Source of the DNA: Clostridia bacterium
Lineage (GTDB): Bacteria; Bacillota; Clostridia; Christensenellales; Aristaeellaceae
Assembly: GCA_045599485.1 (NCBI GenBank)
Contig: JAZRWA010000087.1
Coordinates: 1 to 12,957, forward strand
DNA: 12,957 bases
Direction: 5' to 3'
A model generated the notes under the pieces. It made no database searches, had not been told where the DNA came from, and was given only the letters and a program-made list of their open reading frames with translations. Shown here one piece after another: positions 1-8,268 of this stretch (the stretch's first letter is position 1; each line of letters opens with the position of its first letter). The position numbers and the translations under genes are program-made.

Positions 1-1580
<1,580 letters not shown>

Positions 1581-1654
1581 TCCTAACCAAGTATTTTTTG
1601 CCCGTTATGCCCGCTTTATGCATTTTTGATATGCGATGTTTCATTTTTAGTGCA

Positions 1655-1697
1655 AAAAGTGAAATGAAAAGCCCCCCGGCAGAAAAACCGCCGGAGG
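1655..1697 (-). terminator. rho-independent terminator downstream of the FAD oxidoreductase gene
   Basis: - strand RNA: CCUCCGGC (1697-1690), 9-nt loop, GCCGGGGG (1680-1673). This is an 8-bp stem with one G-U pair, followed by CUUUUCAUUUCACUUUUU. It begins about 20 nt after the TGA at 1720-1722. Confidence 0.6.
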
Positions 1698-1719
1698 CAT
1701 TTTGATGCATAAGAGAGGA

Positions 1720-3555
1720 TCAGTAAATGCGTACCTCGAAGATGACCGCATCGGGCGCGCCGTGAGTGGCAAGGGTTTCCACACGCACCGTATCGCAGAG
1801 GATCGATTCAAAGGGGACGACGTTGAGGCGCTGCAGGTTGCCGCGGATGGAGCGGCGGGCGGTCTCTTTGCCGTCCTTCAGCAGCACGACATCGTAGTCG
1901 CGCACCAGCTCGGGCGGGGTGCTCTTGACCTGCTCAGTGGCGCGGACGGAGGACAGCGTCAGCTTGATGGACTTGCTGAGGTTGGGATCGAAAACAAGGC
2001 GCACCTCGCTGACCGCTTTGCATTCGGACAGCTTCAGCGTGAGGGTGCCCTGCGGACCGTCGGCCTTCCAGCAGTTGCTGTTTTCGCCTTCGCTGCGGCT
2101 GACGCCGTTGATGACGTTGACGGCGGGTTCCTTTTCGCTGTCGGCACTGACAGCGGCGGTAAGGGCCAGATCGGCGGGGTCTTCGTTCTTGAAGCCGGGG
2201 ATGTAGCAGTCATCCTTCAAAAGGGTCTGCTGCAGCTCATGGATATCGATGCCGCGGATGGAGGTGCCGCCCGCAAGGGCCAGCGCCGCCGCCGTGCCGA
2301 TGGCCTGACCGCCTACGGCGCAGGTGCCCATCACGCGGGTGGAGGCCATGGCCAGCTTGCTGGCGCTCAGGCTGCGGCCGCTGATGAACAGGTTTTCGGT
2401 ATTTTTGGCCAGATAGCTGCGGTAGGGGATGGTGTACAGGCCGTCAAAGGGATAGATCTCACTGGGCATCCTGTCAAAGTCGAACAGGCCGTGCTCGATG
2501 TGGTTGTCGACCGCCCAGCCGCCGTAGGCCACGGCGTCGTCAAAGACACGGTTCTCCAACAGGTCGTTTTCGTTGAGGATGTAATCGCCTTCCATGCGGC
2601 GGCTCTCGCGCATGCCGGGCAGCATGCCCACCCATTCCAGATCGTAGTTGGCGGCACCGTGATTGCCGCCGTTTTTGATGTGATCCCAGACGCCGTAGAT
2701 GCAGTTGAACAGCTCGTCACGAATGTCCTCAAACTGCTCGATGATGTCGCCCTTATCGCCGTTGATCTCGATCCACCAGTAGCCGTAATCCATGCAGTAG
2801 CTGTCGGTCATCAGGGCGAGCGCCTTTTTATCCACGCTTTCGATGAGCGCGTCGGCTTTTTCTTCCAGCTGCGGCCCGATCAGGTCGGCATGCTTGCGGT
2901 AGCGCAGCTGCTCCTCGGTAAAATGACGGGCGGTTTTGGGCGGGGTGAACGGAACGGGCTCGCCGCGGTTGACGGCCTTGAACAGCAGGGTGTTGCCCAT
3001 GCGGTGATCATCGGGCTCGGCGGGGGCATGCGGCTCGTTGAATTCGGCCTTGCCCTCACTGCCGGTGCGGAAGGGAACGCCCGCAAAATAGGCCAGCGTG
3101 CCGTTGCCCGTGCAGTCGGCAAAAATATCGGCGCTGATGGTCCATTCGGTCTCGGTGGTCATCTGCCAGCAGCGGATGGATTGGACACGGCCGTTTTCAC
3201 ATGCGGCATCGTGCATGGTGGTATTGAGAAAAACGGTCAGATTCTTTTCACGGGAGGCTTCAAACAGTACACGATCCCACGTTGAAAAATTGAAATAGCG
3301 GTTGACGGCCTTGTTGCTGAGCAGGATCTCACGCAGGATGCCGCCCTCCTCGGCGTTGGGCTTGGTCTCATCCGCCGAGGCACCGCAGATGTGCATGCGG
3401 ATCTCGCTGGAAGCGTTGCCGCCGAACACGGGACGCTCCTGAATGAGCGCCGTGCGCGCGCCGTGACGCGCCGCGGCAATGGCGGCGATGAGGCCGTTCA
3501 TGCCGCCGCCCACGACGCAGAACTGAAAGGATGCCTGCTTTTCACGTGCTTTCAT
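1720..3555 (-). CDS. FAD-dependent oxidoreductase (GxGxxG Rossmann N-terminus, FAD_oxidored-like) with a C-terminal beta-sandwich/discoidin-like domain of about 150 aa
   Basis: Uninterrupted 611-aa ORF. The N-terminus FCVVGGGMNGLIAAIAAARHGARTALIQERPVFGGNASSE is a dinucleotide-binding motif. AGGAGGAAGAAGA lies directly upstream of the ATG at 3555. The stop is TGA, followed by a terminator. Substrate is unknown. Confidence 0.8.
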   Translation of the reverse strand: MKAREKQASFQFCVVGGGMNGLIAAIAAARHGARTALIQERPVFGGNASSEIRMHICGASADETKPNAEEGGILREILLSNKAVNRYFNFSTWDRVLFEASREKNLTVFLNTTMHDAACENGRVQSIRCWQMTTETEWTISADIFADCTGNGTLAYFAGVPFRTGSEGKAEFNEPHAPAEPDDHRMGNTLLFKAVNRGEPVPFTPPKTARHFTEEQLRYRKHADLIGPQLEEKADALIESVDKKALALMTDSYCMDYGYWWIEINGDKGDIIEQFEDIRDELFNCIYGVWDHIKNGGNHGAANYDLEWVGMLPGMRESRRMEGDYILNENDLLENRVFDDAVAYGGWAVDNHIEHGLFDFDRMPSEIYPFDGLYTIPYRSYLAKNTENLFISGRSLSASKLAMASTRVMGTCAVGGQAIGTAAALALAGGTSIRGIDIHELQQTLLKDDCYIPGFKNEDPADLALTAAVSADSEKEPAVNVINGVSRSEGENSNCWKADGPQGTLTLKLSECKAVSEVRLVFDPNLSKSIKLTLSSVRATEQVKSTPPELVRDYDVVLLKDGKETARRSIRGNLQRLNVVPFESILCDTVRVETLATHGAPDAVIFEVRIY

Positions 3556-4259
3556 TCTTCTTCCTCCTTGAGCGTGAATCGGGTGGAATCGAGATCGATC
3601 TCCCCGGGCTTTTTGACAAAGATGGCGAATTTGATGGGGACGCCTTCGGCGGCGTATTTCATTTCGTGCTCGGTGAGATAGTTGGGGGTGAAGCCGTCGG
3701 CGTGCAGATCACGGGTGAGGTGGCGGCACTCAAAGCCGCAGACCTCAAAATACCGGAGAGAATCGTTGAACAGGGCGTCATCATCGGTCTTGAACCAGAT
3801 CTCGCCCCCGTCGACCAGAAAGGTGCGGTACTGCATCAGCTGGCGGGGATGGGTTAGGCGGCGCTTGTGGTGCTTCAAGCGTTCCGCCCACGGATTGCAG
3901 AAGCTGATGTAGATCCTTTCCACCCGGTCCTCTGCCGAAAACGCCTTGTATATGTAGCTGATGTCAAACTTGACCAGCTTCAGGTTGCGGACGGGTTCAT
4001 CGCCGTAGGCGGCGGCGACGTTGCGGCGGGCATTGCCCAGTACATCGGCGGAAATGTCAAAGGCGGCATAGTTGACGCTGGGGTTTTCATGCGCCATGAC
4101 CGCGGTGGATACACCCTTGCCGCAGCCCAGTTCGACATGCAGCGGCTACTCTTTTTCAAAGCTCTGCCGCCAATGACCGCAGAGCGTTTCCGGCTCACGG
4201 GTAAAGTACCCGCACTCCGTCAGTTCGGGCAGCGCCCACTTTTTCTTCCGCATATGCAT
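3552..4259 (-). CDS. trmB: tRNA (guanine46-N7)-methyltransferase, full length only if the in-frame TAG at 4146-4148 is translated
   Basis: - strand translation from ATG 4259 (alternative 4253): MHMRKKKWALPELTECGYFTREPETLCGHWRQSFEKE-TAG-PLHVELGCGKGVSTAVMAHENPSVNYAAFDIS...FCNPWAERLKHHKRRLT...FKTDD. This is colinear with TrmB (from memory, B. subtilis ...WNTVFGNDNPIHIEVGTGKG...). The ORF-track product (3552..4097) starts after the SAM-binding GxGxG motif. The promoter lies upstream of 4259. The TGA stop overlaps the next ATG (ATGA). Confidence 0.85.
4146..4148 (-). other. in-frame TAG inside trmB (candidate sense or readthrough codon)
   Basis: Context gaa aaa gag TAG ccg ctg cat. It is 51 nt upstream of, and in frame with, the ORF-track ATG at 4097, and 105 or 111 nt downstream of ATG 4253 or 4259. 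Confidence 0.85.
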
Positions 4260-4291
4260 ATCGGCTTGAATCCCCTTTCATCACTGCCGCC

Positions 4292-4320
4292 AGTATAACA
4301 CAGACAGAGAAATTGTTCAA
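4292..4320 (-). promoter_or_regulatory. sigma-A type promoter for the trmB / FAD-oxidoreductase operon
   Basis: - strand: TTGAAC (4315-4320), 17-nt spacer ending in TGt (extended -10), TATACT (4292-4297). It lies about 30 nt upstream of ATG 4259. Confidence 0.5.
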
Positions 4321-4330
4321 TCATCCGCGA

Positions 4331-4358
4331 ACAAAAAAGCGGCCCCCGAAGGGACCGC
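4331..4358 (-). terminator. rho-independent terminator of the Cys-rich protein gene
   Basis: - strand RNA: GCGGUCCC UUCG GGGGCCGC followed by UUUUUUG. This is an 8-bp GC-rich stem with one G-U pair, a UUCG tetraloop and a U6 tract. It begins about 20 nt after the TAA at 4378-4380, not after the TAG at 4489-4491. Confidence 0.85.
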
Positions 4359-4377
4359 GGTAGAGCAGGAGAAACGA

Positions 4378-5169
4378 TTACTGGGGCGGGTTGCCTTTCC
4401 AGAAATGATTGCAGACGGTGCAGGTAAGGGGATAATAGCCGTTGTGCCATTCGCCGCTGGCATCCTCATAACCTTCGACCCAATCGCCCTAGTTGGCAAA
4501 ATCCCAGCAGCTGCTGACTTCATAGACATTGCCGCAGATGGTGCAGCTGTACTGGTGGCTGTCATCACCAATGTACTTGCAGGTAACATTGCAGCGTTCG
4601 GAGAGCTCTTTACCGCAGCCGGCGCAAACACCGTCATGGCTGTTGTCGCCGTCCCAGCACCAGTCGACCACATGGCCGGCATTGCTGCCGAAGTTGCGGT
4701 AATCCACATAACGGCAGACCTGGCAGATGCGGCGTTCCTCACCCTTGCGGACACAGGTGGCTTCGCGCAGGGTCTTCCATTTGCCCCAGGTATGGACGTG
4801 GACCAGCACACGGCAGGCACCGCAGTCGGTGCAGGAGAATACGTCAAAATCGCCTGCCACTTCGGCGGTCTCGCCAAAGATATGACCGGAAGCGTCATCG
4901 CTGCTCAACAGATCGGCCAGCCCGGACGTGACTTTGGAGGCGACGATGGCAAGAACGTTGCTCTCGTCCACCTTGACATTGACAGTGCCCAGTACGGCAC
5001 CGTTATCGTCCGTCCAGGTCACGGTGGCTTCGCCGGCACCGGCGGGGACCAGCATGGACATGCCCTCGACAGTCACAACGGCTTCATTGGAAGAGGTGAC
5101 GGCGGCCAGGGCAGTGGTGATGCCCATCAGCATCAGGCAGATGAGCAGCGCGGTCAGCATTTTTTTCAT
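4378..5169 (-). CDS. secreted cysteine-rich protein of unknown function (signal peptide plus multiple CxxC motifs); contains an in-frame TAG at 4489-4491
   Basis: ATG at 5169 with GGAGG (5177-5181) 7 nt upstream. MKKMLTALLICLMLMGITTALAAV is a signal peptide. The C-terminal half has about 16 Cys in CxxC, CxxCxxC and CxxxC spacings. The frame stays open for 36 codons after the TAG (GDWVEGYEDASGEWHNGYYPLTCTVCNHFWKGNPPQ, which includes another CxxC) up to TAA 4378-4380 and then the terminator. The track start at 5235 is an upstream in-frame ATG with no RBS. Confidence 0.7.
4489..4491 (-). other. in-frame TAG inside the Cys-rich protein gene (candidate sense or readthrough codon)
   Basis: Context ttt gcc aac TAG ggc gat tgg. 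After it come 36 more open codons, then TAA and a strong terminator. Confidence 0.75.
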
Positions 5170-5206
5170 GAGCAGTCCTCCGTTTTTTAGGATCAAAACT
5201 GTTGAA

Positions 5207-5235
5207 ATTATAGCCATTCGGATGAAAATTGTCAA
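5207..5235 (-). promoter_or_regulatory. consensus sigma-A promoter for the Cys-rich protein gene
   Basis: - strand: TTGACA (5230-5235), 17-nt spacer, TATAAT (5207-5212). It is divergent from the rplJ promoter. Confidence 0.6.
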
Positions 5236-5257
5236 TGATGCGGGCGGAAAAAAGTGC

Positions 5258-5286
5258 TTGACAAAAGGCGTGGGCTGGAGTATGAT
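5258..5286 (+). promoter_or_regulatory. sigma-A promoter for rplJ-rplL
   Basis: TTGACA (5258-5263), 17-nt spacer, TATGAT (5281-5286). Confidence 0.65.
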
Positions 5287-5292
5287 ATTTGC

Positions 5293-5451
5293 GGCTCAAA
5301 AAGAGCCTGTGCCATAGACAGCTGGTACGCCGCAAGGCGTTTGAAGGCGAAAGCCGCCCGCCGAGGCGCAAGCGCATGATTGATTTTATGCCCTTGTGCC
5401 CTGCACAGGGGCTTCTTTTTATCCATGGCCGGACGGAAGGTGAAAACAACA
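5293..5451 (+). promoter_or_regulatory. rplJ 5' leader (probable L10 autoregulatory leader) with a terminator-like attenuator hairpin at 5390-5421
   Basis: About 160 nt of structured, GC-rich untranslated leader lies between the promoter and rplJ. The hairpin is GCCCUUGUGC (5390-5399), loop CCU, GCACAGGGGC (5403-5412), followed by UUCUUUUUA, just before the RBS GGAAGGTGA. This placement matches the L10 leader known upstream of rplJ in Firmicutes. I could not verify the L10-binding motif itself by eye. Confidence 0.5.
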
Positions 5452-5958
5452 ATGAGCAAGAATCAGGAAGCGAAGAAGGTCGTCGTTGCTGAGATTACCG
5501 AAAAGCTGAAGAATTGCCAGAGCATGGTCGTGGTGTCCTACAATGCCATCACCGTCGCCGAGGTGACCGAGCTGCGCAACCAGTTCCGTGCTGCCGGCGT
5601 GGAATACGTCGTGCTGAAGAACACCCTGGTCCGCCGCGCGCTGGACGATATGGGTATCACCGGTCTGGACAGCGTTCTGGAAGGCCCCAGCGCCTTTGCG
5701 TTCGGCATGACCGATGCTGTGGCTCCCGCCAAGATCGTGTACGATTTCATCAACAAGACCAAGGAAGACGGTCGTCTGACTGTCAAGGCCGGTCTGATGG
5801 ACGGCGAAGTGCTGGACGTCAAGCAGGTCAAGGCCCTGTCCGAGCTGCCCTCCAAGGATGTTCTGCTGGCCCGTGTGGTTGGCAGCCTGCAGGCCCCCGT
5901 GGCCAAGCTGGTCTATTTCCTGGAAGCGCTGCGCAAGAAGGAAGCCGGCGAGGAATAA
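5452..5958 (+). CDS. rplJ: 50S ribosomal protein L10
   Basis: MSKNQEAKKVVVAEITEKLKNCQSMVVVSYNAITVAEVTELRNQFRAAGVEYVVLKNTLVRRAL... is a typical L10 sequence. The RBS lies 8 nt upstream of ATG 5452. The stop is TAA. The track start at 5380 lies inside the leader. Confidence 0.95.
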   Translation: MSKNQEAKKVVVAEITEKLKNCQSMVVVSYNAITVAEVTELRNQFRAAGVEYVVLKNTLVRRALDDMGITGLDSVLEGPSAFAFGMTDAVAPAKIVYDFINKTKEDGRLTVKAGLMDGEVLDVKQVKALSELPSKDVLLARVVGSLQAPVAKLVYFLEALRKKEAGEE

Positions 5959-6018
5959 TTTTCCCTGCCGCATAACAACAAAAAATCATCTTTATAATTT
6001 GAATGGAGGAACAATCCA

Positions 6019-6390
6019 ATGACCAATCAGGAGTTTATCGATGCCGTAAAGGGCATGAGCGTTATTGAACTGATGGACCTGGTGAAGGCCCTGGAAGCTG
6101 AGTTCGGCGTTTCCGCCGCTGCTCCCGTTGCTGCTGCCGGCGCTCCCGCCGCTGCTGCTGCTCCCGCCGAAGAGCAGACCGAATTCAACGTGGTTCTGGT
6201 CGATGCCGGCGCCGAGAAGATCAAGGTTATCAAGGTCGTCCGCGAAGTCGTGTCCGGCCTGGGCCTGAAGGAAGCCAAGGACTTCGTCGAGTCCGTTCCG
6301 AAGACCATCAAGGAAGGCGTCTCCAAGGAAGATGCCAAGAAGATCGCCGATCAGTTCGCCGCTGTTGGCGCCAAGTGCGAAATCAAGTAA
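6019..6390 (+). CDS. rplL: 50S ribosomal protein L7/L12
   Basis: [31 protein letters not shown], then an Ala/Pro hinge, then the C-terminal domain [64 protein letters not shown] lies at 6005-6010. The stop is TAA. Confidence 0.95.
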   Translation: MTNQEFIDAVKGMSVIELMDLVKALEAEFGVSAAAPVAAAGAPAAAAAPAEEQTEFNVVLVDAGAEKIKVIKVVREVVSGLGLKEAKDFVESVPKTIKEGVSKEDAKKIADQFAAVGAKCEIK

Positions 6391-6408
6391 TTTTTCGCCT
6401 GACGATCG

Positions 6409-6441
6409 CGACCCGGGAAGCAATTCCCGGGTCGTTTTTTG
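6409..6441 (+). terminator. rho-independent terminator after rplL
   Basis: CGACCCGGGAA (6409-6419), loop GCAA, TTCCCGGGTCG (6424-6434): a perfect 11-bp stem followed by T6 (6435-6440). Confidence 0.9.
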
Positions 6442-6475
6442 TGCGCGGGGGTTCTTTCCCCATGTCCCCTGCTAC

Positions 6476-6504
6476 TTGCACGGAAACGGTGATTTTGGTA
6501 TAAT
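6476..6504 (+). promoter_or_regulatory. sigma-A promoter for the SH3b-NlpC/P60 gene (and probably mnmG)
   Basis: TTGCAC (6476-6481), 17-nt spacer ending in TGg (extended -10), TATAAT (6499-6504). GGAGG at 6524-6528 lies 6 nt before ATG 6535. Confidence 0.55.
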
Positions 6505-6534
6505 AAGAAGTGATTTTTTGCCCGGAGGTAAGGT

Positions 6535-8247
6535 ATGCTGAAACGCGCTTTGGCCTTGACCGCGTTTGTACTGATGATGCTGTGCCTGCTCGCCTGCGCA
6601 TACGGCGAGGAGAGCTTTTTTGCCTATTACGGGGAGGAACGGTGGATTCGCCGTGAGCCGGTCAGCGGCAGCAGCGGCGTGGCCGAATTGCCTGCCAACA
6701 CGGTGGTGAAGCTGACCCCTGTCAATGGCAGCTATGCCGCGGTCAGCTACAACGGCAAGGATGGCTATCTGTATTATCCCGAAGCCAACAGGGTGGACAT
6801 GACCGATCCCATGAGCCCCGACGCTGTGTGGGTGGAGGGCAGCTTTGAGGAAGAGGCCGTTCTTCGCCGCGCACCGCTGAAGAATTCCTCCCGTGTGGCG
6901 AATGTGCCCGCCGGGGAACGTGTGCGGGCAACAGCGGTCAACAGCACCTATCTGTATCTGGAATACGGCGGCAAAAGCGGCTATGCCCTTCGGGAACAGT
7001 TTGCCCAGACCGTTTATCCCTCGGGCATCGTGCTGCCCTACATTGTGTATGCCAAGTCGGAAGTGGTGCTGTACAACGGCCCCTATGCCGATTCCGCTGC
7101 TGTGGGCAGCCTCAAGGTCAACACGCCCACGCTGGCGGTGGGCTATGACGGCGAAAGCCTGCTGGTGCAGCAGGACGGTGCCCTGTATTATGCTCCCGCG
7201 CAGAGCCTGACCGTGCTGGAAGGCAATTATGACACCGAGGATTTTGATGCCGCGCTGGCGTCTGCGGCGGATATTCTGGAATATCCCCTGACCAATGCAC
7301 GGGTGATCGGCAAGGGTAAAAAGAAGGCCGCTGTGACGGTACACGCCTTCTTTGGCGAGTACGCCTATCTGACCTGCGGCAGCTATGTGGGCTATGTGCA
7401 CTACAGCAAGCTGCAGGCAACCAAAAACACCAAAGACGCCATGGATGCCATGCAGCGGCAGATCCTCAAACAAAAGGGCCGCAGGTATCTGGAGATCGCT
7501 TTCCAGATGCTGTAGGAGGATAACCCCATCCTGCAGTATTATAACCGTTACTGCCAGGGCAACGCGGTGGCGCGTTTCCGTTACGGCTGCCCCTATTTCT
7601 ACGGCGGCTATAACGAAAACATCCTGCTCAAGGTGTACCGCACGTGGCAGAACAGCCATTATTATCTGATGAGCAACCGCTATCTGGGCGGCTTTGACTG
7701 CATCGGCTTTGCCCGCTGGGTGCATACCACCGCCGGAGATGCGACGCTGCCCGCCATCAGCAAGGTGCGCTCGGACGGACGCAATAACCTGGTGGATGTC
7801 GGCAATTTGCCCTATGACGAGTGGCAGAATGTGCTGCTGGCCGGCGACTGTGTCAACATCGCCTATTCCGGTGGCGGCTATCACATTGGCATTTATATCG
7901 GCACGCTGCGGGAATTTGGCTTCACCGAGGAGGATGTGGGCGAGCCGCTGGCCCCCTATATGGATCGCCCCCTCATCATTCACTGCGGCATGAACAATTT
8001 CCATACCGAATGGTATGCCAAATACCTGAAGGAAAACGGCCTGTCCTCCGTGACTCCGCCCGATGGCGGCGTGACCATCTCGGTCATGGGCGTGGACTTT
8101 GAAAACTGCCCCTATACCGAAACCATGTGGCAGGGGACGGCTAACGTGAAAACCTTTTATTGGTTTGACCTGATGGGCTATAATCTGACGGTCATCAACC
8201 CCATCGGCAGCAATGTGCGCTGGATGGCGGTCTATCGCAGCAAATAA
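6535..8247 (+). CDS. exported cell-wall hydrolase: signal/lipoprotein peptide, about four SH3b-like repeats and a C-terminal NlpC/P60 cysteine peptidase domain. It is a single ORF only if the TAG at 7513-7515 is translated
   Basis: MLKRALALTAFVLMMLCLLAC is a signal peptide with a lipobox-like LLAC. Repeats resemble VVKLTPVNGSYAAVSYNGKDGYLY and RVRATAVNSTYLYLEYGGKSGYAL. ORFs 6535..7515 and 7567..8247 share a frame, and codons 7516-7566 contain no stop. The NlpC/P60 motifs are YGCPYFYGG, GGFDCIGFARWVH (catalytic Cys) and GGGYHIGIYIG (His). The downstream part has no signal peptide, and its track start (GTG 7567) has no RBS. The gene ends with a TAA TAA double stop at 8245-8250. Confidence 0.75.
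7513..7515 (+). other. in-frame TAG between the SH3b repeats and the NlpC/P60 domain (candidate sense or readthrough codon)
   Basis: Context cag atg ctg TAG gag gat aac. The same frame continues EDNPILQYYNRYCQGNAVARFRYGCPYFYGG. Confidence 0.65.
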
Positions 8248-8268
8248 TAAAGAGGCCTTGAAAAACGA

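Noticed and set aside
4317-5190. ORFs 4317..4898 (-) and 4405..5190 (+), which overlap the Cys-rich gene
   Set aside because: They are alternative-frame or antisense ORFs with Ala/Thr/Pro-rich low-complexity products. The chosen frame has an RBS, a signal peptide, a promoter and a terminator.
5380-5451. Longer N-terminal extensions given by the ORF track for rplJ (5380), pepC (10365), proB (11768) and the Cys-rich gene (5235)
   Set aside because: The extensions run through promoters, leaders or the preceding gene and lack an RBS. The internal ATGs at 5452, 10422, 11885 and 5169 have properly spaced Shine-Dalgarno sequences and give canonical N-termini.
5993-5998. TATAAT hexamer between rplJ and rplL as an internal promoter
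   Set aside because: There is no acceptable -35 element 16-18 nt upstream, and rplJ and rplL are normally co-transcribed.
6105-6180. Repetitive gcc/gct/ccc tract that looks like a tandem repeat
   Set aside because: It encodes the Ala/Pro-rich flexible hinge of L7/L12 ([20 protein letters not shown]), a normal feature of rplL.
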